From Eledone cirrhosa (taxonomy: Eukaryota): a stretch of 64,000 nucleotides of DNA. The stretch is from positions 14,260,001 through 14,324,000 of the forward strand of contig OZ024753.1 in NCBI GenBank assembly GCA_964016885.1, read 5' to 3'. A program made the translations under genes and the position numbers. Numbering within the stretch: the stretch's first letter is position 1; every line of letters starts with the position of its first letter. A model generated the notes under the pieces. The model saw only the letters and a list, made by a program, of their open reading frames with translations, was not told where the DNA came from and did no database searches. Of the stretch, positions 49,375 to 61,739 are shown piece after piece.

Positions 49375-50372
49375 CTGGGAAATAAGAGAGGTAGATATAA
49401 ATTGATATATTTCTCCAGAATGTTGAGTTCCCTGGCAAATAAAAGAGGTAGATATAAATTAATATATTTCTCCAGAATGTTGAGTTCCCTGGGAAATAAG
49501 AGAGGTAGATATAAATTGATATATTTCTCCAGAATGTTGAAACTGGTGAGTTCCCTGGGAAATAAAAGAGGTAGATATGAATAGATATATTTCTCCAGAA
49601 TGTTGAGTTCCCTGGGAAATAAGAGAGGTAGATATAAATTGATATATTTCTCCAGAATGTTGAGTTCCCTGGGAAATAAAAGAGGTAGATATGAATAGAT
49701 ATATTTCTCCAGAATTTTGAGTTCCCTGGGAAACAAGAGAGGTAGATATAAATTGATATATTTCTCCAGAATGTTGAAACTGTTGAGTTCCCTGGGAAAT
49801 AAAAGAGGTAGATATGAATAGATATATTTCTCCAGAATTTTGAGTTCCCTGGGAAACAAGAGAGGTAGATATAAATTGATATATTTCTCCAGAATGTTGA
49901 AACTGTTGAGTTCCCTGGGAAATAAAAGAGGTAGATATAAATTGATATATTTCTCCAGAATGTTGAGTTCCCTGGGAAATAAAAGAGGTAGATATGAATA
50001 GATATATTTCTCCAGAATTTTGAGTTCCCTGGGAAACAAGAGAGGTAGATATAAATTGATATATTTCTCCAGAATGTTGAAACTGGTGAGTTCCCTGGGA
50101 AATAAAAGAGGTAGATATGAATTGATATATTTCTCCAGAATGTTGAGTTCCCTGGGAAATAAGAGAGGTAGATATAAATTGATATATTTTTCCAGAATGT
50201 TGAAACTGGTGAGTTCCCTGGGAAATAAAAGAGGTAGATATGAATTGATATATTTCTCCAGAATGTTGAGTTCCCTGGGAAATAAGAGAGGTAGATATAA
50301 ATTGATATATTTTTCCAGAATGTTGAAACTGGTGAGTTCCCTGGGAAATAAAAGAGGTAGATATAAATTGAT
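49375..50372 (-). repeat. 57/66-bp tandem copies of the LRRC23 exon 3 acceptor + exon start
   Basis: ttccctgg recurs 17 times between 49371 and 50337. Confidence 0.95.
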
Positions 50373-51057
50373 TTAGGCAGAAAGCCAATAATTTTGGGGG
50401 AGGGGAAAGTTGATTAAATCCCCACCCTGTGCATTATTGGTACTTTGTTTTATCGACCCAGTAAGGATGAAAGGCAAAGCTAACCTCAGCAGGATTTGAA
50501 CTCAGAACGCACAAAGCATGTTGTCTGACACTCTACCGATATTGCCAATCCACAGCCCTATATAAGTATATAATAATTGTTTAAGAGTAAAGGGTCGTAA
50601 CACCGATGGAGCCCATCTCTCCAGGTTTGAATACAGTCGATTTCTTGAGGGAGGAAATAAGAGGAAGAATGAATCCCAGTACATGACTGGTACTTTTTTT
50701 TATCAACCTCAATGGATGAAAGGCAAAGTTGACCTCAGTGGGATTTGAACTCAAGAGCGCAGAGAGATGGCACGAATACTACAAAACATTCTATATGACA
50801 CACAGATATATATAGAAATGGCTTTTACCGGACTAGAACTGTTTCATTTGTATGAAATCGTCATCATCGCTATTTAACCTCTATTTTCCATGCTTGCATG
50901 GGATGGAGAGGCTGACACGTTAGGAGGTCAGGTGACCCTGTCTGTTCATACATTCCATTTTTGGCTTGGTATTCTATGGCTGGATACATTTTCTAATGCC
51001 AAGCTCATTACAAAATGGTCTGCATGTGTTTTGTTGTGTCACCAATCCCTAACATAA

Positions 51058-51845
51058 CCACCTTATAGAGTAGACTGGATGTTGTGAGACCTATACGACC
51101 ACCTTATAGAGTGGACTGGGTGGCTTTTGTTGTGAGACCTATACGACCACCTTATAGAGTGGACTGGGTGGCTTTTGTTGTGAGACCTATACGACCACCT
51201 TATAGAGTGGACTGGCTGGCTTTTGTTGCGAGACCTATACGACCACCTTATAGAGTGGACTGGCTGGCTTTTGTTGCGAGACATACACGACCACCTTATA
51301 GAGTGGACTGGCTGGCTTTTGTTGCGAGACCTATACGACCACCTTATAGAGTGGACTGGCTGGCTTTTGTTGCGAGACATACACGACCACCTTATAGAGT
51401 GGACTGGCTGGCTTTTGTTGTGAGACCTATACGACCACCTTATAGAGTGGACTGGCTGGCTTTTGTTGCGAGACCTATACGACCACCTTATAGAGTGGAC
51501 TGGGTGGCTTTTGTTGCGAGACCTATACGACCACCTTATAGAGTGGACTGGCTGGCTTTTGTTGCGAGACCTATACGACCACCTTATAGAGTGGACTGGC
51601 TGGCTTTTGTTGCGAGACCTATACGACCACCTTATAGAGTGGACTGGCTGGCTTTTGTTGCGAGACCTATACGACCACCTTATAGAGTGGACTGGCTGGC
51701 TTTTGTTGCGAGACCTATACGACCACCTTATAGAGTGGACTGGCTGGCTTTTGTTGTGAGATCTATACGACCACCTTATAGAGTGGACTGGCTGGCTTTT
51801 ATTGTGAGACCTATACGACCACCTTATAGAGTGGACTGGGTGGAT
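51058..51845. repeat. 48-bp SINE-derived satellite, ~16 copies
   Basis: ccaccttatagagtggactggctggcttttgttgcgagacctatacga. Confidence 0.93.
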
Positions 51846-52455
51846 CTTTTTTCATAGAACCAGCACCAGTTTATGGTCACTAAATTCTACTCACAAGTTA
51901 TTGATCAACCCGAAGCTATAGTAGAAGACACTTGACCAGATGTCACGCAGTGAACCTGAAGACACTTAACCAGATGTCATGCAGTGAACCTGAAACAATG
52001 TCTGCGCCTAATTGGGTAAGACAAAAGGATATATATATATATACACACAGATATACATATATATCCTTTGTATATTGGAGTTGAAGGAGAAGCTGGGCTT
52101 AAGAAGAATTTAAGGTAGTGTACAGGAGAGAAGATGAGATTGGTTTGGACATGTGATGCACATGGACAATTATCGTTGGGTGAAGAAGTACCAGGAAATG
52201 ACAGTGGAAGGAGACCAAGACAGACCTGGACAGAGGTCTGAAACTGACAGAGGTGATGACAAAGGATGGCGATGTGTGGAGAGATGCCATGCTGAGAAGG
52301 ACCCATGGAAAAGTGGACATAAAAACGACGACAATGATGATATATATATATATATTATATTATATGTTACATTAATTAGATAATATTTAATATTACCCAC
52401 ATTATATATATATAGAGATACAATTATATATATATATGTATGTGTATTAACGTAC

Positions 52456-52565
52456 CTATTACTGCAATCAAGTCGAATGTACACATAGGAGAGACTGTCC
52501 CCTATTCTGAAGAGTAAGGATATACATTCATTTATTATGTCTTCTGTCAAAGTATTATTTTCTTG
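52456..52565 (-). CDS. LRRC23: LRRC23 exon 2 (QENNTLTEDIINECISLLFRIGDSLSYVYIRLDCSN)
   Basis: ttttctag acceptor, ag|gtacg donor, phase 0-2; matches 'LTED...GLSLLCKTG.GL.HAYV.L'. Confidence 0.92.
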
Positions 52566-52836
52566 CTAGAAAAGAAGACAAATTTATAGAAATTATTTGT
52601 GTAGTTCTGGACGAGACTGGAGAGATTAATAAAATAATTGTTTCTACTTTTGGCATAAGGCCAATTACCCAGTACATTACTGGTACTTTATTTTACTGAC
52701 CCTGTAAGGCTGAAAGACAAAGTTAGCTTTGACGGGATTTGAACTCAGACCGTAAAGGGACGTAACTATGCTGGAAAGCATGGTTACTGACCCTCTACTG
52801 ATATTGCTAATTCATCAAATAATAAGCACGCCCAGA

Positions 52837-52884
52837 TACCTCTCGCATGCTAAGCGAGCGCTCTACCATCTGAGCTAATTCCTC
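52837..52884 (-). pseudogene. 3'-truncated tRNA-Ala(AGC)
   Basis: gaggaattagctcagatggtagagcgctcgcttAGCatgcgagaggta matches eukaryotic tRNA-Ala(AGC) up to the variable loop; T arm and 3' acceptor strand absent. Confidence 0.8.
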
Positions 52885-54421
52885 TCACCAAGACATAATA
52901 ATCTATTTATTCTTAATCAACGCTACGTAACCATCATCATCATCATCATCACCGTTTTACGTCCGTTCTTCCACGCTAGCATGGGTTAGACGGGTTGTCC
53001 TGTTGTGGGCAGTGTCTGGTCGGCTGACCATGCCTTGCTCATACAGGAACTGATCTGGCTTGATTTCTATATCTTATATATATATCATTAAACATTTTAA
53101 ATTGGACAAACATAGAGAAAAAGCACATAGTGTTGGAAAGGAGTCCATAAATGGGAGGAAAATGAGGGGAAGAGCAAGAAATATAAGAGAAAGGTGAGAG
53201 CAATTGTCGCACTTGGTGGTAAATTACCCTAACCCCTTTTCTTTCCTTTATCATTATTGATAAAATAAAATATACACACAGACAAAGGAAGTAAGAAGTC
53301 GAGGGTGGCAGACTGTACACCTAGATCAGAGCGGTGTTTTGGTTGTTAGGTACTGTCTTATGTTTACCTTTTAATATACGATCCTATATAACAAAGGCAG
53401 ATCTAAGCCTCATTTGTTACAGAAAAAAGAAGCATTCTCGAAAATTCTATAGTGTCTGCACAAACTACGAACTACTTATATATATATATATATATATAAC
53501 GGACGCTCTATCTCAAAATTATTTTTGAAAAGCATTTAGAAATACGCAACCGGTAAAAACTTAAAACCAAAACTGAATACTAACCAATACAATCACTAAT
53601 ACTCTTTTATTCCTAATTAAACTATTTTTCAACTGTGAACAATTTGTCAGCCTTTTCTATTCCGTTTACCAATATATATATATATATATATACTAGCAGA
53701 GGTACCCGGCGTTGCTCAGATATTAAATAGCAATTGTGTATACCATTTATGTCAATACTTCAGTGCTGCTTCGAAAACTATACTTTTACAAAATCATTGG
53801 CTTTTTCGAAAAGGGGGTTCCTGCCCGCAGGGGTCCCCTACCCAATATGTGCCAATTCTGAGAGTTCACATTCATCTGTAGGACAAACGTAGCCCAATTG
53901 TCAAGTTTTGTGAAAATCGGTTGCGAACTCCAGAAGTTTTGACGTTTTATGTCCGAGGAAATTTAATATATAAACACGACAGGCTGGCTGTATCGGTAGA
54001 GGGTCGGGCGCCATACTTTGCAGCATAGAGTTACGGCCCTTTATGGTCTGAGTTCAAATCCCGCCGAGGTTGACTTTGCCTTTCATCCTTATGGGGTCGA
54101 TAAAATAAAGTACCAGTAATACACTGAGTAATTGCTGGCCTTGTGCCAAACGTAGAAACAATTAAATTTATTTGTCTAAATCCAAACAATCGTCTCCTAG
54201 CATGGACACACTGGAAGAGGAAAACCAAGGTTAACATATGTTGATGCCCTAAGGACAGACACTGGTCTGTTGGAGACGCAGGACATGGCAGCGATAATGA
54301 GGGACAGAGACTGCTGGAGAGAACTCGTCCATGGATCTCTGGAATTTTACCCGCCCTAGATATATATATATATATAAAAGATCGGAGGCCATATTCAGTT
54401 GTTTAAGGTTTATTTAAAACT

Positions 54422-54479
54422 CCGTTATACGTATTTCACTGAGGTCTATCAGTTATGAGAGCCCGAGCTCTTCAGACAG
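54422..54479 (-). ncRNA. Type I hammerhead motif
   Basis: ctgt-CTGAAGA-(imperfect stem II)-GAAA tacgt ATA-acgg; palindromic atacgtat stem III. Confidence 0.55.
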
Positions 54480-54976
54480 CAAAACCTAAAATAAAAATTA
54501 AAGGTTCTTAAGAAACCTTTAAATTTGGAGAAAATCAATAATTTCCCCGAAAAAGATTCTCTTCGTGATACAGGGGACCGGTGGTGTTGTTTCTTCGATG
54601 GCCGGGCCCTTCACAACCAACAGACCATAATGTGACCCGCACATCTCTGTTCGGTTAACCACATACTCTATGAAAAGAGTCAGGACCCCGACGACTGAGC
54701 CCCGGCCGTTTCGACAGCTAGATCTGAACTGTTCAGATCTAGCTGTCGAAACAGCCGGAGCTCAGCCATCAGGGTCCTGACTCTTTGCCTATTACCCCAA
54801 ATATCGAGTATTCTGGTGCGTTATGGTCCACCTGGTATCTTACCACATCCTTTTTTGTTTTAAGGTCAAGTTAGAAGCTATCGGGTTAAATACAAAATAC
54901 TTTACTGTCTAGCTATACTATAATACAAGTGGTGTGTATATAAAAACCATTAATCTGGATACCTAAATATGGAATG

Positions 54977-55180
54977 TTACGCGATGGGGCCCCCCACAGC
55001 CCCGGCGGACAGGATGGAGAAGGCGTTCCCACGGAGGACGGCAAGGGAGACGCGCTGGAAAAGCCACTCCAGCTCGCGGGATTCACACCTGCGGCTGGCC
55101 AGCTCAGTGCCTATGGTGGTAAGTAGGGAGGTAGCCCTGGGGCCGAGGACACCAGAAGTCTCCACTGCCAGGGGCACAAC
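54977..55180 (-). mobile_element. CRE-like non-LTR element, restriction-like endonuclease C-terminus
   Basis: PLAVETSGVLG...WLFQRVSLAVLRGNA. Confidence 0.8.
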
Positions 55181-55264
55181 CCTCTTTGTTTATATATATA
55201 TATATAAGAGAGAGAGGCACACCAAACTCTCACAGACGCCTGACTATAATTATATAAGTTTTAC

Positions 55265-55354
55265 CTTTTCCACCTCTTCGTCTAATGGAGCTGGTGTTAG
55301 AAAATCTTCCTCTTCATTATCCTCTTCGAGGTCTGCTAGTTCTGGCACTGACAT
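55265..55354 (-). CDS. LRRC23: LRRC23 homologue, first coding exon (MSVPELADLEEDNEEEDFLTPAPLDEEVEK)
   Basis: ATG at 55354; acidic N-terminus typical of LRRC23; aag|gtaa donor, phase 0; an acceptor-like site near 55448 suggests an upstream UTR exon. Confidence 0.8.
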
Positions 55355-56059
55355 TTTTCAAACGTCGCCTTTTTCTATTTCTTTTTTTTTTTAAATGTTT
55401 GATTTGGTGTCGTTCTTTCTTCCTTCTCTTTCTCTGAAGTATCGAACCTTTAAGAAAAAATCTTTTAAACCAACAATAACACAGAGTTCTTCATAACCAA
55501 TTCACAGAGAACACTCCCTATTCCTTATATATATATGTTAAGTATTTCCGAAGAAAAAGCAAAGGAAAAAAGAGTGCTCTGTGTGTAGAGCAGAGCTAAT
55601 ATAGTCTAGAGTCTGAAACCTTTGGTAATGGAGTAGTTATATGTTGTTCACTTTCTAATGTATATATAAAATTGTAAGTTTGAAGAATAGTCAGACAAAA
55701 TTCATCCAATTTTTTCTTCTTAGTCCGTAGAAATCAACCAGATAAATAATCATTTAAACGGAGCTAAGTTTAAAATGTAACTTTGAAGAAATAACAGATA
55801 AATGTTACCGATATTCCTTTATGAGGAACAGTCAGATAATATATGTGTGTGTATGTATGTATGTGTAATTATATTACGTGTTAAAATATGTTTTGTCTGG
55901 TTAATTTTCTTCTACATTTAAATTCTGGCAGTTATTTAGTATAAAGTGATCTTCTCAATGAATAAAATATAATCTTAATTCCCTCTATATCTTTATAGAA
56001 GTTCTTAACCAACTTGGACATAAGTTATTTGTTGTTAAAGAGTGTTTAGTGTCTAGTTG

Positions 56060-56073
56060 GTTGTTATAGCAAC
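56060..56073. promoter_or_regulatory. RFX X-box candidate GTTGTTATAGCAAC upstream of LRRC23
   Basis: Fits GTYNYY-AT-RGNAAC; about 700 bp upstream of the ATG of a motile-cilium gene. Confidence 0.55.
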
Positions 56074-56571
56074 CAATTATATGGCCACTGAAACAACGTC
56101 ACGGTATCTAAGGGAGATAACTCTGCGCGACTATACGGGTTTCGGCTGAAAAGTTTATAGGCTGACTAGTTTATAGGCTGAAAAGTTCTGAGACTGACCA
56201 AGATACTCTCATGGACTGACCAAATGAGGTTTATTTTTAAACATAGTCCCTGAAAAGAAACAATGCAGTTGAAGAGTTGAAATTAATGTATGCAGGTTTT
56301 CACAGCTCTAGCATCACTCCTTCATAGCCAGCCTATGAACTTTTCAACCCACCCTGGTACACGCCATACAAGACAAACGAATATAAGTCCCCTTCGTCTG
56401 CTATGAAAAGGTATTTGACTCCATTGAGTTTACTTCCCTATTCACAGCACTGGAGAACCAAGGAGTGGATCTTGCTAACGTCACATTATTAAAGGATTTG
56501 TTGATATTGGGCTGAGGTATCTGGTCAGATCATCGCACCATCTGGTTCTTCCCCTGTCTTGGTATCCCACC

Positions 56572-57581
56572 TGTCACTCTAATAGTCCCCCAAACAAGAG
56601 ACATGGCCAGCCCATCTATATTTGCTCTTCTTGGTAGTCTCCTCTGTCACTCTAATAGTACCCCTGTTGTCCTCCAAACAAGAGACATGGCCAGCCCATC
56701 TATATTTGCTCTTCTTGATGGTCTCCTCTGTCACTCTAATAGTCCCCCAAACAAGAGACATGGCCAGCCCATCTATATTTGCTCTTCTTGATAGTCTCCT
56801 CTGTCACTCTAATAGTCCCCCTGTTGTCCTCCAAACAAGAGACATGGCCAGCCCATCTATATTTGCTCTTCTTGATAGTCTCCTCTGTCACTCTAATAGT
56901 CCCCCTGTTGTCCTCCAAACAAGAGACATGGCCAGCCCATCTATATTTGCTCTTCTTGATAGTCTCCTCTGTCACTCTAATAGTCCCCCTGTTGTCCTCC
57001 AAACAAGAGACATGGCCAGCCCATCTATATTTGTTCTTCTTGGTCGTCTCCTCTGTCACTCTAATAGTCCCCCTGTTGTCTCTCAAACAAGAGACATGGC
57101 CAGCCCATCTATATTTGCTCTTCTTGATGGTCTCCTCTGTCACTCTAATAGTCCCCCTGTTGTCTCTCAAACAAGAGACATGGCCAGCCCATCTATATTT
57201 GCGCTTCTTGATGGTCTCCTCTGTCACTCTAATAGTCCCCCTGTTGTCCCCCAAACAAGAGACATGGCCAGCCCATCTATATTTGCTCTTCTTGATAGTC
57301 TCCTCTGTCACTCTAATAGTCCCCCTGTTGTCCTCCAAACAAGAGACATGGCCAGCCCATCTATATTTGCTCTTCTTGATAGTCTCCTCTGTCACTCTAA
57401 TAGTCCCCCTGTTGTCCTCCAAACAAGAGACATGGCCAGCCCATCTATATTTGCTCTTCTTGATGGTCTCCTCTGTCACTCTAATCGTCCCCCTGTTGTC
57501 TCTCAAAGAAGAGACATGGCCAGCCCATCTATATTTGCGCTTCTTTATGGTCTCCTCTGTCACTCTAATAGTCCCCCTGTT
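56572..57581 (-). repeat. 84-bp satellite, ~12 copies, derived from an RTE ORF C-terminus
   Basis: 28-aa period KYRWAGHVSCLEDNRGTIRVTEE; flanked by RT remnants. Confidence 0.9.
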
Positions 57582-58624
57582 CATAATGTGCAACACCTAT
57601 CATAAAAACATGTATACCAAAGCTAGGGTTAGATACGTAGCTACAGGTCAAGAACAAATGTGGTAATACATCTCATTAATGAAAGTGACGTGTCTGTCGA
57701 ATGCTCAGTAACTTGACGTCAGTTCCATGAGCAATAGAACTAACACAGATTGTACAACTGATTTTTCATGGCTGACAAGTCAAGTTCTTGAGAGTGGTGT
57801 AAATAGATGGAGCAGTGTGTATTTGAGGACCTGCGATCTATTTCAAAACAAAATCTAACAGATCCTAAAAACATACCATTATCGAAACACTGCCCCAACC
57901 TAGGCACTGAGTCTGTCACCCTCTCCCTCTCTTTCTCCCGCAGCCTAATAGTCTTTGCTCTTTCCCTCACATTTACAGCATTTATAGTCCTTTCCTCTAT
58001 TTTCCTATACAGCCAGATCTGCCCTTCTTTACCATTACCCCCTTATTTTTTCATTACTTAATTTTGTTTTGAATATTTCTATGGTTGTAAAATATAGTTG
58101 ACATAATAAAACCATAGCTAAATCTCTCGAATAAAATAAAAAGTTATCATATTATACCAAAATGGTAATATCATTATTTAATTACTGTGTTAATGAATCT
58201 GGTAATCTGTGAAATATTAAAAAAACGTCAAATATTTAAATGAATAATAATTTTTTTTCGAGGCAAGCCATGCTTATTAGATTAGCTAACATTCAAAGGG
58301 AAATAATTCAAGACAATTGTTTTGATAGGTGAGTTATGTTCCCTTTACTTTTTCATTAATGTGCTGATTTTATTTCAGATATATTTTATAGATTTATGTA
58401 TTAATTAATAACAGACTAAATAAATGGGGGGAAAAAAAACAAGAATTATGTGGATTAATGATATCAAGAAGAGGTTAGACAGAAATTATAGTGAATTTAT
58501 TGGTAGGGTACGAGAAAGACCGAGAAAGCAATACATGGAGTTCAACTGACTGAAAGCAGACGACACTTGATGTTTATGTTATGTATGTAAATAGCCGTAC
58601 CCGTATTTCATAGAAATACACTTC

Positions 58625-59125
58625 TGTTGTTGTTGTGGTGGTGATGGGAGAAGGAGTAGTAGTGATGATGATGATGGTGGTGGTGGTGGTCGCCATCGTA
58701 GCAGTAGTGATGGTGGTGGTGGTTGTCGTCGTAGCAGCAGTAGTGGTGGTGGTGGTGGTTGTCGTCGTAGCAGCAGTAGTGGTGGTGGTGGTGGTTGTCG
58801 TCGTAGCAGCAGTAGTGGTGGTGGTGGTGGTGGTTGTCGTTGTCGTCGTAGCAGTAGTAGTGGTGGTGGTTGTCGTAGCAGTAATAGTAGTGGTGGTGGT
58901 TGTCGTCGTCGTAACAGTAGTGATGGTGATGGTTGTCGTCGTAGCAGTAGTAGTAGTGGTGGTGGTGCTGTCGTCGTAGCAGTAGTAGTAGTGGTGGTTG
59001 TCGTCGTAGCAGTAGTAGTTGTCGTCGTAGCAGTAGTGGTGGTCGTAGCAGTAGTAGTGGTGGTGGTGGTTGTTGTCGTTGTAGAAGCAGGAGCAATAGT
59101 AGTAGTGATGGTGGTGGTTGTGGTA
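58625..59125. repeat. GGT/AGT/CGT/AGC trinucleotide mosaic
   Basis: Direct reading. Confidence 0.88.
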
Positions 59126-60254
59126 GGAGGAGGGGTGTGAGGGGGAAGAAGTGGAGGAGGCTCTGCAATATCACGAGCCAAGCACAGCAAAAACAACGAT
59201 TGGTAAGAATTTATTAAAATTAGTAACGGCAGAAACGATATGGAGGGGGGGGGGGTTAGTGTGTGTGTGTATCTATATATATATATATATATGTGTGTGT
59301 GAGAGAGAGAGTAAGTGTGTGAGCGAGTAAGTGTGAGGATAAGCGTGTATGTAGGGGTGAATAAGTGTGTGTGTAGGGGTGAATAGTGTGTATATATATG
59401 TGTGTGTGAGAAAGAGAGTAAGTGTGTGAGCGAGTAAGTGTGATAATAAGCGTGTATGTAGGGGTGAATAAGTGTGTGTGTGAGTAAGTGTATGTAAATG
59501 AACGAAGCGACTGACCTCCGACAGCCCGAGGAAATCGCGTCTCGATTGATGCTAACAATCAAAGGGAAATAATTCCATACAAACTATATTTATAGATGTA
59601 TTATGGATTTGTTTATTAATAGATGATTGAATTAAATCGAAAGATTGGAAGGGGGGGGGGGGATTAAGAATTGCATAGATTATTTCAAGGATATGATAAT
59701 CTTTAAATAAAGTGGATTTATATGGACGGAGATAGTGTTCAACTGCCATGACCTACAATCGATGGTGTTCAACTGACTGAGAGCAGACGATACCTGTTAC
59801 TCTCCTCTACCGTTGTGAATATTGTTATGAGTTCTATGTTTCGGGGTCATTTTTACAATGATGTCGCTATTTATACGAACTGCTGGGGTTTCCATTAGTC
59901 AGTCAATATTCTATAATACTCAAATATGTATTTTATTGGTGTTTTATTCTCTACTTGGGAATATAATTGTTTCTACTTTTGGCACAAGGCCAGCAATTAT
60001 CCCAGTGCATTACTGGTACTTGATTTTATCGAACCCGTAAGGATGAAAGGCAAAGTTAACCTCGGCGGGATTTGAACTCAGAATGGCAAGACACTCCGTA
60101 GTGAGGCAGTGTGTTAGAAAAAGTGATTAGAATGTATGCTCAGGCGGGAGAGAAATGACAGTAACTTTGCCTTTCGTCCTTACGGGGTCGATAAAATAAA
60201 GTACCAGTAATGTACTAATTAATTGCTGGCCTGGTGCCAAAAGTATAAACAATT

Positions 60255-60548
60255 ATTTATGTATCTATCTCTCCCTTCCTCCCTCACTCCATTTATGTAT
60301 CTATCTCTCCCTTCCTCTCTCACTCTATTTATGTATTTATCTCCCCCTTCCTCTCTCACTCTATTTATGTATTTATCTCTCCCTTCTTCTCTCACTCTAT
60401 TTATGTATTTATCTCTCCCTTCCTCTCTCACTCTATTTATGTATTTATCTCCCCCTTCCTCTCTCACTCTATTTATGTATTTACCTCTCCCTTCCTCTCT
60501 CACTCTATTTATGTATTTATCTCTCCCTTCCTCTCTCACACTATTTTT
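60255..60548. repeat. 36-bp tandem repeat x8
   Basis: atttatgtatttatctctcccttcctctctcactct. Confidence 0.9.
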
Positions 60549-60619
60549 TTATCGTCTGTTTATTTTTATATAAGAGATCAGATATGAATGTGTTGTTAAG
60601 AAGCTCGTTTATATTTAGC

Positions 60620-60760
60620 AGTCGACATGGCATGGTCCAATAGGTTGCGGCTGGAGAAAGTGTCGCTGCAAGTGGCATCCCAGACGCTGGGCCACCACGG
60701 AACGGGAAAGTGGTCATACCATCTGGCCTTTTGTCATCCCCTCCGTCCAGCCCAAGAAGT
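60620..60760 (-). mobile_element. CRE-like endonuclease fragment
   Basis: GLDGGDDKRPDGMT.FPF then WDATC after a frameshift. Confidence 0.75.
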
Positions 60761-61739
60761 TGACGTAGTATACATAATAATAATATAATCAATGTGTACT
60801 ATCGAATGAATAGAAGTAAACATACATACACATGGAAAAATTATGATTTAAAAGATAAAAAATTCGAAGTTTGAAAGCCACGTAAATGCGAAGTGAACGT
60901 ATAAATAAATACTTCGGACGAAACAAGAATTATTTTAACCTTAATTTATTCTTGTCCTGCTATTTCGAGATTAGAATCTCTTCTTTCGATGAAAATATAA
61001 GGACTATTCCAGTGTCCGGTGCTGTTCGCTTTACCATGCTGGCGGAAGCAGTTTTGTCATTATTTAATTTTTATCAACCTCTTTTGTTTTAAAAATTAAG
61101 GTCTGGACAGGTCAAGGGGATCACAGAGTTGTTTCCCTTGATTTTTGCATAGACACATATATATATACTAATAGACACGTAAACACACATGGATAAAATC
61201 GTGTGAACACATGAATGTATATACATGATTTCTCCCTCGGATAAATAATTGTTTCTACGTTAGGCACAAGGCCAGAAATTACCCAGTGTATTACTGGTAC
61301 TTTATTTTATCGACCCCGTAAGGATGAAAGGCAAAGTTAACCTCGGCGGGATTTGAACTCAGAATGGCAAGGGCCGTAACTCTATGCACCAAAGCATGGC
61401 ATCCGGATAAATAATATGCTCGTATGTGGGCCCATGTGTACCCCTATGTGTAGAGTCCAGTGGCCTAACATGTCTTGTGCGAGGAAAGGCAGTCACTCCC
61501 GGGCGCAGAATTTCCCCTGGTCTATAATATTTATTAATTAAAATGCAGCCGCCAAAAATAACTTTGCCTCTCCTCACTGAGATTAAGGTGAATGCGGGAG
61601 AGGGGGACATATTGGCAAGCGGGGGCCCTACATGTTGTTACACTTCTGTTTTTTTCTCTACCATCCTCTTCATGCTTGTTCTAACCTTCTCATGTTGGAA
61701 GGGACTATACATAAGTGACACGACAGACTCCTGGCTTGT

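Noticed and set aside
58613-59202. Possible Gly/Ser/Arg/Cys-rich protamine-like exon between an AG and a GT
   Set aside because: The triplet register shifts near 58968, so the frame runs into TGA near 59138; NGT mosaics are stop-free by construction.
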